Shown: piece by piece, positions 14,110-27,900 of the stretch
How the letters are laid out: every line of letters starts with the position of its first letter
Numbering within the stretch: position 1 is the first letter of the stretch
Assembly: GCA_976551045.1 (NCBI GenBank)
Contig: CDPCPM010000436.1
Span: 1,054,001 to 1,118,000 of the forward strand
From: Glaucostegus cemiculus
Lineage: Eukaryota
Direction of reading: 5' to 3'
Length of the DNA: 64,000 nt
Position numbers and translations under genes: made by a program
Notes under the pieces: generated by a model
Databases searched by the model: none
The model's input: only the letters and a program-made list of their open reading frames with translations
Told to the model about the DNA's origin: nothing

Positions 14110-14520
14110 GCCGACAGCGAGGCATCTCCTTCGGCCGTGTCCTCGACTTCCTCAGTGAGGCGCTCCCGCAGGACTGCATCCTCACCGTCTGACTACGAAG
14201 CTCCCTCAGCACTGCCTCCTGAACACTCTGATAGTGGAGCGCTCCCTCAGTACTATCCCTCTGACATTGACGCGCTCCCTCAAATCCCTCTGTACGGCAA
14301 TCCCTCAGGACTGCCTCACCGTCTGACTGCGGTTCTCTCTCAGTAATATCCCTCTGACTGCGGCGCTCCCTCAGTAATATCCCTCTGACAGTGCGGCGCT
14401 CCTTCAGGCCTGCCTGAATCGTCTGTGTGACGCTCCCTCGGTAATACCGCTCTGATTGTGCGGCGCTCCCTCAGTAATATACCTCTGCAGCGCTCCGTCA
14501 GGACAGCCTTCTGACACTGC
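14110..14520. repeat. Degenerate 31-33 bp minisatellite (ctgacagtgcggcgctccctcagtaatatccct)
   Basis: More than 8 imperfect units, clearest at 14340-14480. Confidence 0.85.
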
Positions 14521-15561
14521 AGAGCTCTGCACGCGCTAGCAATGTTTCTGATGTTAGTGTCCCAGCGACTACGTGTGTTATATCTGAATATTTCAATGCC
14601 ATTCACTGTATTGCCTACAGCTCACCACGGGCTGAGTTCATGGCTGGCAAGTCCAATAGTTACTGCCTGTCCCCGACTTACGGGGACCGAGCGGCCTTCC
14701 TTCCGGCTAATTTCAGAGGGCATTTCAGCGCCAGCAGTCCCTCTGGGTCAGGAGTGACAAACAGAACGACGATGGCAGATTCACTCCCGATCCACAGGTC
14801 AACCAGCTGGGATTTATTCCAGGTCGATTCCCGAGTTTCATGGATACCATTTTTTTAATGTTCAGATTTATTTAATTCACCCAATTTAAATTCCGCACTT
14901 GGCGTTTTGGGATTCGAACTCGTGTCTCCGGGACACCATCTGGGCCTGGGGGCTATCAGTGCAGCAGTGGAATATCTCTGGTCACAGATCACCGACTCGG
15001 CTTCATCAAATCATCTGGATGATCCCACAGATCGTATGCTCCCAAGGGACGGCTGTCGGTTCCGACCTCCGAGGTAACTGGTCTTGCTCCCTCTGAGAGA
15101 CATCAGCTATCCTCCGCCCCCGCCACGCCCCCGCTGACAGACGTCAACAACCCCTCCCCTCATACCTCCTGACGTTTCTCACAACAAGATCTTCATCTCC
15201 TCCTCCAGCGGGCCAAAGTTTGAAAGTAGCAGATGCCAAAGGCGAAGTCCTGACTGAATATATTAAATATACTTTGGGAGTCGTTTCGCAATGAAACAGG
15301 ACACGCTGTACTCCCACAATCGGTGTCTTTCTCCTGTAGACAGTTGCAGCCCGTTCGCGGTTAGACTTTTCCATTTAGTTGCACACTTCAGTGTTGCGGT
15401 TTGGAAAGGGTTCAGTGGAGACTCACCAGTCTGTAGAACGGGGAGTCGCCCCCTCCTATTCCGGACTTATCTTCCCGCCGGGGTCCCGACGTTTCATCCT
15501 GCCTGCGGAGACTGTCTTTCCGGATCAAAGTGGACAATACCTTCGCTCGCCGAACTCTCTC

Positions 15562-15746
15562 NNNNNNNNNNNNNNNNNNNNNNNNNNNNNNNNNNNNNNN
15601 NNNNNNNNNNNNNNNNNNNNNNNNNNNNNNNNNNNNNNNNNNNNNNNNNNNNNNNNNNNNNNNNNNNNNNNNNNNNNNNNNNNNNNNNNNNNNNNNNNNN
15701 NNNNNNNNNNNNNNNNNNNNNNNNNNNNNNNNNNNNNNNNNNNNNN
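15562..15746. other. Assembly gap (185 N)
   Basis: Run of n. Confidence 1.
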
Positions 15747-16179
15747 GCCTTCTGGAAGCGGGCTGATTGGAGAAAAGGCAAAGACGGGTCCCCTTGTTTT
15801 CCGAGAGGCAGCCAGAGGAGGAAGTTGCCGTTTAAAGGGGTAGGGTCCGCCCTCCTCCAGCCCAGCGGCTGCACGCTGGTGGATAATCTCTCGCTGCCCA
15901 ATGGGACACCGAGCACCCCGTTCAAAATCCGGTGGCCAACACCGTAAGGTGTCTCTCCACTCTGTAGAAATCCCAGCCCTATTTAAAGGCACGGCGTCGT
16001 CAGCCCGAAAAACTCCCCTTCCCATTTAAAGGGGCAGTGTTCACTCCCAGCCCACCTCACACACCCGAATTAAACTAAATATCTTCTGCAGGATGTCCCG
16101 TCGCTAATTAAACAGACGACGAACCAGCACCAATCCCCAGCAATCTGGCCACCAAGACAGTGAAGAGAGATTCGGAGCA

Positions 16180-17610
16180 ACACATGAGATGCTGGAGGGA
16201 CTCAGCGGGTCAGGCAGCATCTGCGGAGGGAGATGGGCAGTCGACTTTTCGCGTGACACCGCTCATCTGTGTCTCCAGCTGAAGAGAGATTTCCCCAGAA
16301 TATACAGCCCCCAGCGTTTCCCGCACTAACATCACGGAGGCTTCTGGTGAAGAAGCAGGAGTTGTTTTCAGAGGCAGAGTCCCAGTAACCAGGGATTCAA
16401 AAGAAGTGGCACAGGAAAGAGCAGGAGTGAAGGGCGGAGCTTTGTGCAGGAGGCCTTTGTGATCGGAACCGAAGGCTGTGGAAACACGTTCAATAAGTGG
16501 AACATAGAACAGTACAGCACAGGAACAGGCCCTTCGGCCCACAATATCTGTGACGAACGAGAAGCCGAATTAAACTGAATATCTTCTGCCTGCAGACGAC
16601 CCATATCCAAAGTCAAAGTCAAAAGTTGAGTTTATTGTCAGATGCACATGTGTGCACAGGTGCAATGAAAAACTTACTTGCAGCAGCATCACAGGCACAG
16701 AGCATCATATAAGCAGCATTTGTAAGAAAAAACATAAATTAAACATAACTTATACATTACTTTTACAAGAAAAACAATGAGGACAAAAAAGTCCATTTTA
16801 CTTCAGAGTGATCAGAGTGGTTATAGTGTTGTTAAACGGTAGTGGTTAGGGTTTTGCCGGTCGGTTCAAGTGCAGAATGGTTGAAGGGAAGTAGCTGTTT
16901 CTAAACCGGTAGTGTGGGACTTCAGGTTTCTGGACCTCCTACTCTATAGTAGCTGTGAGAAGGTGGCACGGCCCGGATGGTGGGTGCCTTTGATGGTGGA
17001 TGTTGCCTCCGGAACCTCCCCCGTCCCCATTGATGATACAAAGATCATCGCCAGAATCTCAGCAGTCTCCTCCCTCCACTCCCACAGTAGCTTGGGGTAC
17101 ATCTCATCCAGTCCGGGTAACTTAACCAACTTGACGCTTTCTAAAAGCTCCAGCACATCCTCCTTCATAACATCTACATGCTCAAACCTCTCAGTCTGCT
17201 GCAAGTCATCACTACGATCACCGAGATCCTTTTCCATAGTGAATACTGAAGTATTCATTAAGTACCTCTGTTATTTCCTCCGGATCCATACGCACTTTCC
17301 TGCTGTTATATTTGATAGGTCATGTTCTTTCTCATCTTACCCTCTTGCTCTTCATTCACATACCTGTAGAATGCCTTGGGGTTTTCCTTAATCCTGCTCG
17401 CCAAGGCCTTCTCATGGCTCCTTCCGGCTCTCCTTATTTCCTTCTTAAGCTCCTTCCTGTTAGCCTTACAATCTTCCAGATCTCGAACCCTTCATCTGGA
17501 CACGTCGACTGTCCATTTCCCTCCACAGATGCTGCCTGACCCGCTGAGTTCCTGCAGCGCTTTGTTTTTTGTTTGTTCCAGATTCCAGCATCTGCAGTCT
17601 CCTGTACTCC
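16180..17610. repeat. Two inverted copies of an elasmobranch interspersed repeat (about 16180-16265 and 17480-17605) flanking other repeat fragments
   Basis: gatgctggagggactcagcgggtcaggcagcatctg is the reverse complement of cagatgctgcctgacccgctgagttcctgcagc. Confidence 0.7.
17010..17480 (-). mobile_element. CR1 ORF2 internal fragment
   Basis: SVFTMEKD..LPGLDEMYPKLLWEWREE..IFVSSMGTGEVPE. Confidence 0.85.
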
Positions 17611-18018
17611 AGATCAGAGGTCAACATTTCAGGCCCGGTGCACACGGATCCCTTCCCAATCCGAGGTCGAGAGGAGAGGCTTCAGCCGGAGTGAGAGTCC
17701 AGAGTCCCCGTTTACTCTCATGCTTCAATGCAACGAATGAGAAAAGGGTTCGCCACCTATGTTTGTAAAACAGATGGACGCGGCAAGAATAGTTCAATGG
17801 GCAATGTAACTCTGATTGGAGAGTGGTGAATGGAGGCCATGAGACTTCACGCCACCGTAATGTGGTCATGTGATTGTTTCTAAATTGTACTTTATTTCAC
17901 TGCCACACTCGGTAACAATAACAGCAAAAAGAGAATTAAATTGAGTCCTTTTCCGTATATAGGGCAAGTTGGGCGGGATTTGTCAATGTGATGTCTCATT
18001 AAAACACTGTCCTCAGAG

Positions 18019-18095
18019 GTGTGTGTGTGTGTGTGTGTGCGCGCGTGCCCTTGTATGTATGTACGTTTGTGTGTGTGCGTTTATGTGTGTATGTG
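18019..18095. repeat. (TG)n microsatellite
   Basis: Visible directly in the sequence. Confidence 0.9.
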
Positions 18096-18679
18096 TCTAA
18101 ATCAGTGCAACAAAAACAGCCAAAAACAGATTTGTTTTATTATTGTCACGTGGACAGAGGTACAGTGAAAAATTTTGTTCTGTATGCCATCCACACAGCT
18201 CATTTCATCACATCAGTGCATTAAAGCATCTGACCCTGTTTGATCACCGGCTGCATCCTCCATACCAGCTTCCTCCCGCTAACCTCGTCAACATGATATG
18301 TCACCCCTTCCTCCTTAATCTGATAATCCAGCTTCTCTTTAACTTAAGTTTCTCCACAATTGCCCAGACCGAATGACCAGTGAAAGAGAGGCGCACTGCC
18401 GTCTACAGGCGCAATATAATAATGAAGCCCTCCTGCCCATTCCCAGTCATTAAGTCACTCCATGGTCACTCTACTGAAGAAGAGAAGACAATTCCTTCCC
18501 GTTCTTGGAGCCAATATCGATCCATCACTACTGGTCACCATCACATCACCGGTTTGTGGGAACTTGCTGTGTGGTCGGTGCCTATTCAATGTCACAACAT
18601 TGAATCCCCGCTTGGTATCCCGGGTTTGGATACTGTTGGAAGGGTTGGGGGAACCGACCTATCAGAGAAGCCGCAGTGA

Positions 18680-20370
18680 TTAGGCCTCTGGCACTGAGCC
18701 TGGTTGTGTGGCGCAGAAGGGAAGGGGGAGAAGGGGAGAGAGGTGGTGATAGGGGGTTCCATAGTCGGTGGGCAGACGGAGGAGATTCTGTGGAGATGAA
18801 AGAGACTCCAGGATGGTATGTTGCCTCCTGAGTTCCACAGCTAGGGACGTCTCGGATCGGGTCCACAGCATTCTGAAGGGGGAAGGCGAATAACCAGAGG
18901 TCATGGTACATATTGGTACCAAGAGTTCACCGGAGCCGGATGGGATATACCAGACCTTATTACGGGAAGCGAGGAAAAAGATTGCTGCGCCTTTTGAAAG
19001 GATATTTGCGTCCTTACTCCCCAAAGGAGTAGTGTCAGAAGATTGGAGGGTGGCAAATGTTGTTCCTTTGTTCAAGAAAAGGAGCAGGGATAACCCTGGG
19101 GATTACAGACCAGTGAATCGTACTTCAGTGGTGGCCAATTACTGAAGAAGATTCTTAGACACAGTACTTATAGGCATTTGGAGAAGCATAGGCTGATTAG
19201 GGACAGTCAGCATGGATTTGCTGGGGGCAGGTCGTGAGTCACGAGTCTGACTGAATTCTCTGAAGATGTGACAATGCACATTGACGAAGGTAGAGCAGTA
19301 GATGTGGTGTACATGGATTTTAGTAAGGCGTTTGATAAGGTTCCCCATGAAAAGCTGATTCAGAAAGTCAGGAGGCATGGGATCCAGGGAAACTTGGCTG
19401 TGTAGATTTAGAAATGGCTCACCCATAGAAGACAGAGGGTGGTGGTAGCTGGAGTGTATTCTGCCTGAAAGTCAGTGACCAGTGGTGTTCCGCAGGGATC
19501 TGTTCTGGGAACCCTGCTCTTTGTGACTTTTTTTATAAATGACTTGGATGAGGATGTGGAAGGGTGTGTTAGTAAGTTTGCATTTGTTGTGGATAGCGTA
19601 GAAGGTTGCTGTAGGTTACAACAGGACATTGATAGGATGCAGAGCTGAGTTGAGAAATGGCAGATGGAGTTCAGCCCGGATAAGTGTGAAGTGATACACT
19701 TTGAAAAATCGAATTTGAAGGCAGAATACAATGTTAATGGCAGGACTCTTAGCAGTGTGGAGGAACAGAGGGATCTTGGGGTCCAGGTCCATAGATCTCT
19801 CAAAGTTGCTGCACAGGTTGATAGAATAGTTAAGAAGGTGTATGGATTGTTGACCTTCATTAGTTGTGGTATTGAGTTCAAGAGCCGCCAGATAATGTTG
19901 CAGCTCTATAAAACTCTGCTTAAACCACACTTGGAGTATTGTGTTTAGTTTTGGTCGCCTCATTATATGAAGAATAGAGAGGGTGTAGAGAAGATTTACC
20001 AGGATCATGCCTGGATTGGAGAGTATGTCTTATGAAGATAGGTTCAGTGAGCTAGGACTTTTCTCTCTGGAGCGAAGGAGGAGGAAAGGTTACTTGATGG
20101 AGGTGTATAAGAGGCATAGATCCAGTGGACAGTCAGAGACTTTTTCCCAAGGCAAAAATGGCTCACACAAGGGGGCATAATTTTAAGGTGATCTGAGGAA
20201 GCTATAAGGGGGATGTCAGAAGCAATTTATTTTACGCAGGGAGTGGTGGGTGCGTGGAACATGATGGAGGTGTGGGTCTGTTCTTATTGAAACACACAAA
20301 TCGGGACCAGCTTTGTGGGCACTGTGGTCAGAATGGACTCATTGGGCCGAAGGGCTGTATTGCTCTATGA
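18680..20370 (+). mobile_element. CR1 LINE, internally deleted (ORF1 esterase fragment joined to ORF2 RT and 3' end)
   Basis: RDSRMVCCL..VMVHIGT, then PDGIY..EDWRVANVVPLFKK..YRPV..DFSKAFDKVP..SGVPQGSVLG..DKCEVIHF..HLEYCV. Confidence 0.92.
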
Positions 20371-20639
20371 CTCTGTGACCTCCGCTGTTCGCCCCAACTG
20401 TTCCCTGCAGGAAAAGGATCGTAGTCTCACAGTTTTCTGGGAATGGCTTCAACTGACTTTCCTGCTTTATCCAATGCCCTTCAGTGATGACGTCCAGTTC
20501 AGGTGTACACTTCTCCTCCCCCACTCTCAACACAACCATCCCCACCTGGAAAAATCTTCTCCACGCCCACTCTATTGAAAGCTTTCACAATTTTAAAAAA
20601 TACCCCCATCAGGTCGCCCTCACTGCCCTCACTTATATA

Positions 20640-21530
20640 GAACATAGAACACTACAGTTGTGCCGACAGTTTATCCTGCTCTAAGATCGATCTAACCCTT
20701 CCCTCCCACATAGCTCCTATTTTTCTATCATTCATGTGTCTATCTAAGAGCCTCCTAAATGTCCCTAATGTATGTGGTTGCCATAGAGAGGATGCAGAGG
20801 AGATTTACAAGGATGCTGCCTGGATTGGGGAGCATGACTTATGAAAACAGATTGAATGGACTCAGCCTTTTTTCCTTGCAGCGATGGAGGATGAGGGGGG
20901 ACCTGATAGAGGTGTATATGATGAGAAACATTGATCATGTGGATAGTCAGAGGCTTTTTCCCAGGGTCGAAATGGCTGCCGCAAGACGACACAGGTTTAA
21001 GGTGCTGGGGAGTAAGTATAGAGGAGATGTTAGGGGTAACTTTGTTTTACTCAGAAAGTGGTGAGTGCGTGGAATGGGCTGCCGGCAACGGTGGTGGAGG
21101 CGGATACAATGTCTATTAAGACACTTCTGGATAAGCACACGGAGCTTAGAAAAATAGAGGGCTATGTAAGCCTAGCAATTTCTAAGGTAGGGACATGTTC
21201 AGCACAGCTTTGTGGGGCCAAGGGCCTGAATTGAACTGTAGGTTTTCTGTGTTTCTATGTTTCTATGTATCTGCCCTCACAACCTCTGCGGCAGTACGTT
21301 CCACGCACCCACCCCTCTCTGTGTAACAAACTTATCCCTGACATCACCCTTATACCTCCCTCCAATCTACTTAAAATTATGTCCCCTCGTGTTAGCCATT
21401 GTCGCCCTGGGAAAAAGTGTCTGACTGTCTACTCGATCTATGCGTCTTATCATCTTGTACACCTCTATCAGTTCACCTCTCATCCTCCTTCTCACCAAAC
21501 GGAAAAGCCCCAGCTCGCGCAAACTCTGGA
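20640..21530. mobile_element. Nested CR1 3'-end fragments on both strands
   Basis: ERMQRRFTRMLPGL..MRGDLIEVY (+, 20770-21260), with minus-strand tails at about 20640-20770 and 21270-21530. Confidence 0.85.
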
Positions 21531-21713
21531 TAAACTTTTCTGGCCGGATTTGTCTTTCCCGATAAATCTAACCATAGACCTCTCGTCTTCACACCCAAGA
21601 GTTGAACACAGCGCAGAGGACTCCAAGTGTGATCTGACCGACGCGAGTAGACGTGCACTTTAAAAAAATGTATATCTGCAATCTGTGTTCCATCTGTGTG
21701 TATCGGGCCGTGC

Positions 21714-21736
21714 GTAAACAGGAAACCCACAGCGCG
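21714..21736 (+). promoter_or_regulatory. Gene A promoter block GTAAACAGGAAACCCACAGCGCG (FOX/ETS/RUNX-like)
   Basis: 179 bp upstream of the ATG. 21/23 identical to the block upstream of gene B. Confidence 0.65.
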
Positions 21737-21892
21737 CCTCTATCTGTTTCCAGTACAACTGAACATTTATTAAGAAACATTGCGTGTGATTTTCGTAAGT
21801 TGCAATGCATCTTATCTCTCCTTCGCACCGACCTCACAAACCAATGACACGCGTCAGCGATTAACTGCCAGTGTTTAATCCGCTCACGAACA

Positions 21893-21935
21893 ATGAGCTG
21901 CTTCGCGGTCTTCGCTCTCTCCCACTTATTGCAAG
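21893..21935 (+). CDS. Gene A exon 1, leader MSCFAVFALSHLLQ
   Basis: 43-nt hydrophobic exon with G|gtgagt donor. Same length as the gene B leader. Confidence 0.82.
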
Positions 21936-24900
21936 GTGAGTGACCTGCAGTCGCTTGATGGCGCGGAGAAGAGTTTGGGCAACTGGTTCAGTGGGGAATT
22001 TGTAGAGAATCAGAGAACAATGGATGACACAAGAGGGAAGAGTGAGAATCTGTTCTTACCCCGCAGGGAATGCAGCGCCCGGAGGGACTTTTAACGGAGC
22101 TTTAAGAAGGGGATTTGGGTTAGAGCAGTGGGTAGTGCAACTAATTGGACGGACTGAGCCGTCTCGCCTCCTTCTGTGTTATAAGGTCTTAATTTGTAAA
22201 ATAAAAAAGCAAACTATTCACGTGGCTCGGGGCTGAAGTCTCGCCACGTTACCCGCGAACGCGATTGATACGAATCCTCCCTAAATAATGTCAAATAACC
22301 GTGGCGTGAAAGCCGGACCGGCTGCTGGGAACGGGGAAGGTGTTCGGACGGAGCATTAGCAAATCCTGCTGTGGTCTTCAGCCCACGACAACCCCTGAAC
22401 GAGAGTGAGACACAGAGTCTAGATGAAGTTGTGGACCATACCATAGTCCCAATGTCACACGGATTCAGAGTTGCTCACAGTTGTGGGACCAGGTCAAAGT
22501 GCATTAAATAGGGGTCGGTAACGCGCCGGCGGAGAAGTGTAACGCATTCTTTCAATTGCGCCCAAGAGGTTGGGTTTTCCGATATTCACCAGGATATCAT
22601 CTTCAATACGATGGCGCTGTCCTGTCCGTAATCTGTTGTAAAACGTTTCTCTCCTTCTCAGTTTCTGTGTCTCAGGCAGCCTTGTTCCAGTTTCCGTCGG
22701 TTCAGACCGTTCCTGCCGGGAGTCGGGTAACCCTGAATTGCCACCGGGACGACGCTGCTCTTGCTTTTATAAACTGGTATAAACAGGGCGATCGAGGGCA
22801 CCTGCAGTTCGTTTACAGAATGAGCAGATTCGCGGGCCCGGAGGGAAGGTTCTCGGGAATTGTAGACGAAAAATCGGCCAACTACATGCTGGTGATTGAG
22901 AATTTCCAGCGAAATGATTCCGGGATCTACTTCTGTGCAGATCAGCTCTACAGTGAGTTCGGCAATGGATCCAAACTGGTGGTCACAGGTAACGGTCACA
23001 GCAAGTGCTTCCATTTCTGCGGGCGCTGGGACCCAAGCTTTTCGTTATAGGTCGAATGTAGGAGGTGTGATTAGTACGTTCGCAGACTAGACGAGCATTT
23101 GTGGTGCTGTTGGTAGTGAGGAGAGTAGATGCTTTCAGCTACATAGCGACGAGTTGATGAAATGGGCAGAGCAATGGCAGGTGAAAGTGAATCCTGAAAG
23201 TTAATCGAGGCGATGTGTTTTGGGAGCTCAGGAACAGACATAATGAACGGCAGGACCCTAGGAACTACTGAGGAACCTTGGAGACAAGGTGGTGAAGACA
23301 TACCGAATACTTGGCTCCATTAGCCGGGGCATGGAATCTAAGATCAAGGAGGTTATGGTAAAACTGTACAACATGTTAATCAGGGCACAGCTGGAACAGT
23401 GTGTGTAATTCGGGTCGTTACTCTGTAGCAAGGACATGATTGCACTGGAGAGGGTGCAGAGGAGATTCACCTCCTCTGCACTCTCGAATTCCCGAATAGT
23501 ACACGGATTATTTTAGCGTGAAAGGCTCAGTATGGAGGGATTATTGAGATGCGTTTAAGAGAGCTTTTTAACACAAGGCACACTACTGAACCTCGTCTTA
23601 GGTAATGAAACTGGTCCAGTGGAGGGAGTATCAGTGTGGGAGCAGTTTTGGAATAGTGACTGTAGCTCCAGATAACTCAAGTGGTTATGGAGAAAAGTAT
23701 GGACCAGAAATAAAGTCTTAAATTGGAGTAAAGCCAAGTTCATTAACATTGAACAGGACCTAGCTCAGGCTGCTTTGGAGCATCTGCTTGCAGCAAGTCT
23801 GTATCTGTACGGTAAGAAGAAACAGCAAGTCTTCAAGGCCAACTTGTTCCTATCATGGTAAGGGAACCCTGGATGTCGAAGGTTTTTGATGGTTAGATTA
23901 AAAACAAGGAAACATATGGCAGGTTAAGGGATCTAAAGACGAGCAAAACCCTTCAGGAGTATGTTGGGAGGTGCTTAAAAGGCAGATTAGGAAGGGGTCG
24001 CAAAATATCACTGGCACACAGATTAAGGTTAATCCGAAGGCTTCCTATAAGTATATTAAAGGCGAAAGAAGAGCAAGGGAAATAGTAGAGTCCGTTAGGA
24101 ACAAGAACAATCTGCGTATGGAGCCATAAGGTATTGGTGAAGTTCTAAATCAATACATTTCATCAGTAGATACAGAGCAATCGGACTTTGTATTTGGATG
24201 ATTCGGTGAAGGAAAATTCCAGTGCAAATCTTAACAAATATAGAGAAGGTTCTCCATGCCTTAGCGGTCTTAAATATAGATAAATCCACGGATCTATTCC
24301 GGGCTGTCGTGTGAGGCAAGGTGTGAGGCTGCTGAGGCTTGACCGAGATCTTAAAAATCCTCGCTGTTCACATGTGAGGTGACTGGGGGACAGAAAACGC
24401 AGGAGCAGGGAACAGCCTGGTAATTGCAGACGGATGAGTTTAACATCAGTAGCAGGGAAGTTACTGGAGAAACTCAGGGGGACAGGATTAGTGATCACTT
24501 TGAATGACAGGGTCTATTCAGAGATAGCTAACGCGGCCGTGTCAAGGGCTGATCCTGTGTGAGTAATCTGATTGACATTTTTGAAGAGGTAGCCAAGTGC
24601 ATCAGTGGGGGCAGAGCAGTGGATCTGTTTTACATGGACTTCAGTCAGGCCTCTGACAAGATCCCACATGGAATACTGGTCCAAAAGGAGAGTGCCCACG
24701 AGGTCAGGGTCAAATGAAATATGGCAAATGATCCAAAATTGGTCTGGCAATAGGAGACTGAGTGTGATGGTAGAGGGCTGGATGCCGGTTACTAGTGGTG
24801 TTCTACAGGGATCGGTGCTTGGACTTTTGCTATTTGCAACATACCTGGATAATTTTGATTTGGATATAGGAGGCATGTTCAGTAAATTCGCGGATAACAC

Positions 24901-27900
24901 AAAGATTTACGGAATTGTTGATAGTGTGGATAGTGTGAATGGTGTAGATAGTGTGGATAGTGTGGATAGTGTGGAGGGTGGTCTTTGGCTTCAGGGGGAT
25001 AGTGAAGTGTTGGCGAAACGGGCTAAGAAGTTTAATCCAGATAAATGTGAGGTAATACATTTTGTGAGCACTGGTGAGGCTAGAACGTAATAAGTGGTAG
25101 GGTCTTGGGGAGTACTGAAGAACAGAGGGACCTTGGAGTACAAATCCAGTGATACTTGCAGCGCAGGTAGATAACGTGATCAGGAATGCATATAGATACT
25201 GGTAGAATGAATCGAACAGAAATGTAGGGAGGTTATTCTCCAACTTTATATTATGAGGTGTATAAATAGGGTAAACTGCAGGAAACCCTTCCCCATATCA
25301 GAGGAAGAAAAAAAAGGGGACATAGATTTTGGGTGAAGGGGAAGGGATTCAGAGGATCTGAAGGGGACTTTTTCAATGAAAGTGGTGGGTGCCTGGTTTG
25401 CGCTGCCCAAGAGAATGGTTGCAGAGGGGCCGCTGACAGCATTTAAGAAGTGCACAGATGTCCACTTGAATCATTTAGGCAGAGAAGGGTCTGAGCCACA
25501 TGCTGGGACATTGGAGTAATGTAGATGGGTGCCGACTGGTCGGTGTGGATGTGTCTGCTTCCCTGCTGTAAGTCGCTGTGACTCTAAGACCATGATTCTG
25601 CCTGGGTTAGAGCGTTTCGTTTACGAGCAGCGTTTCTATAGGTTGGGTTTGTTTTGCTTGGGGTGAAGAAGGTGAGTGTTGATCTGATAAAGGTGTAGAA
25701 ATTTATAAGACAGTGAAAAACCTTCAGTACAGGGTTTACAACCAGAGGGGTTAGGTTAAAGGGGTGGGAGATTTTGAGGAGGCTTGAGGAAGGTTTTTTC
25801 TGTCAGAGGGTGTTTGGGACCTCACTGCCTGGAAGGGGGGGGCGAAGGTGGGGGGTGGGGGACGAGGCAAATATACTCATGCCATAGAGATTACAAGGAG
25901 GGTGTTGGAAAATGAGATTAGTATAGATTGGCACTTGACTGCCAGCATGGAGAAAGTGAGCCGAAGATCTTGTTTTAGAAACTGCAATTAAAGACGGCCA
26001 ATCCAATCCAATTCATACAGCGCTGTTGTATTTTCCTCCTTCAGCGGATCCGCCGACGATATTCCTGTTTGCACCGCCAGTGGATGAAGTTCCCCAGATG
26101 GAACTGGTGCCGTTGATGTGCTTGGTGAGAGGAGCCTCTTCCGAGTCCTTGCTCATCCGCTGGAATGTGTCGGGAAACGTCAGCGAAGGCGTCGTCGATC
26201 CCCCGACATTTGATCCGGACGGGAGTTACACCGTTAGAAGCCGCTTCCATATCTCGGCGGAAACTTGGCGCAGCGGCGCTGTCTGCACTTGCGCCGCTGG
26301 AGGTCTGGTCAGTGACCGTGTCGCCGTTCAGAAAGGTATCGTAGAAACCGATGATTCCCATCAGCTTTATGATAGTGCCCTTTCGGCCCTTTGCGCTCAT
26401 GCTGAGCGATAAAGAGCTACCAAGCTTAACCCGACTTTCACAGTTTCTCTGACCCTGCAGGTCAGGGCTCTTCAGGAGCACCCAAGTATTGTGTAAATGT
26501 GGTCAGAGTTTCTGCCTCCACCGCTCCTCTCTCAGGGTGAAAACCTTTCTCTCATCTCCTCCCTCATCACTCGGCAATTATCGGGAGGCGTGTAGCTCCC
26601 GATATACTCCTCCCGATAAGTCTTCCAACAGCCTTCGGATTCCTCACAACTTGCTGACCCACTTATTTTTGTATCATCAGCAAATCTGGTCACAAGACAC
26701 GTGTTCCTCCATTCAACTCATCAATAAACATCAGAAATAGTTCAGGCCCGAAAGTGACCCATTCGTCCGGACTCTCCGGTTTCTGCTGGTTAATTACTCC
26801 CCTTTCCAGACCAATATATCACCCCAATCCCGTGGGATCTTGCAATCTTCCTGTGGTACATTGAATGTTTTCTGAACCATCCTATTTGTTCTGACCTCAA
26901 ACGTCAGCAAAATATCAAACACAAACCGTGTAACTGGTGTAGCTCGCCTGTTTCTTTCTATAAGACGCTTGAATGGACCTCTCATACGATAAAGATGAAC
27001 TCTTGACCTCTCAGTCTACCTCGTGGTGGCTCTTGCATCTTATTGTCTCCCTGCACTGCACCTTCCCTGTAACTGTAACACTTTGTTCTGCATATTTCCC
27101 TTTTGTACTATCTCGGTGCAGTTATGTATGGAATAATCTGTCTGGATGAGACGCAAACAAACGCTTTCCACTATATTTCGGTGCATCTGACAATAATAAG
27201 CTAATTACCAATTGTCGTAAACTTCCATAATTTATTGTATTAAACGCTTAACAACTCAGCGTTTCGTAAAACCCCAGGCACGAGGATTGTAAAGGAAATT
27301 TTATTGACCATTCCGATCATTTTCTGTGACACCCCCTCACACACTGACAATCCCCAATGTCGGGCCTGTTATCGTCCATTTCAGGTCTCGAGACCTCCTC
27401 CTTCAGATTCCTTTCCCTTTATATCCCTCCATCTTATTCACTCGGACATCAGACCCCCTTTGATTCTTTATGGTCACTTAGTTACCAGCAAGCCTTTGGG
27501 GTCTGTGAGGCGGTGGGAACAGCTAGTGGAAGACCACGTGATCACGGGGAATACCTGCACACTTCACATAGACGGCATGCAAGGTCGGGATCTAACCCGG
27601 GTCCTTGGAGCCACATGAGCTAGGTCACAATAGTATTGGCCAGCATATTTGATATAGAGCGACACGCAGCGAATGTCATTGCCCAACACCCAAATTATAA
27701 TCAGAGCCCACCGTCCCCAATCTTGGAGGTAGTCGCGTTGTATTGAACAAAAAATCCCTGGGAAGGGCTCGTTAACCTTTTCAGCATTACCCGACTGTCA
27801 GAACAGAATAGAAAGTAGAAAGTGGAAAAAGGCCACGAGTAGCCTAAGTACCAGTAGGGGCTGGTTGGGCCGAATAGCCGAGTCGGGAACCATTTGGACA

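Noticed and set aside
14110-14520. CRISPR-like repeat array
   Set aside because: Vertebrate DNA with tandem degenerate units and no unique spacers; it is a minisatellite.
17480-17520. Possible Penelope-type minimal hammerhead ribozyme
   Set aside because: The CUGANGA/GAAA core is not intact on either strand.
24920-24973. DSV-repeat protein (gatagtgtg)n
   Set aside because: Slippage expansion inside a dead CR1 RT.
22662-26335. Genes A and C as germline-joined Ig light chains or TCR chains
   Set aside because: C1 splices to TM and tail exons rather than ending in Cys-stop. The TM lacks the Lys/Arg of TCR, and there is no octamer promoter.
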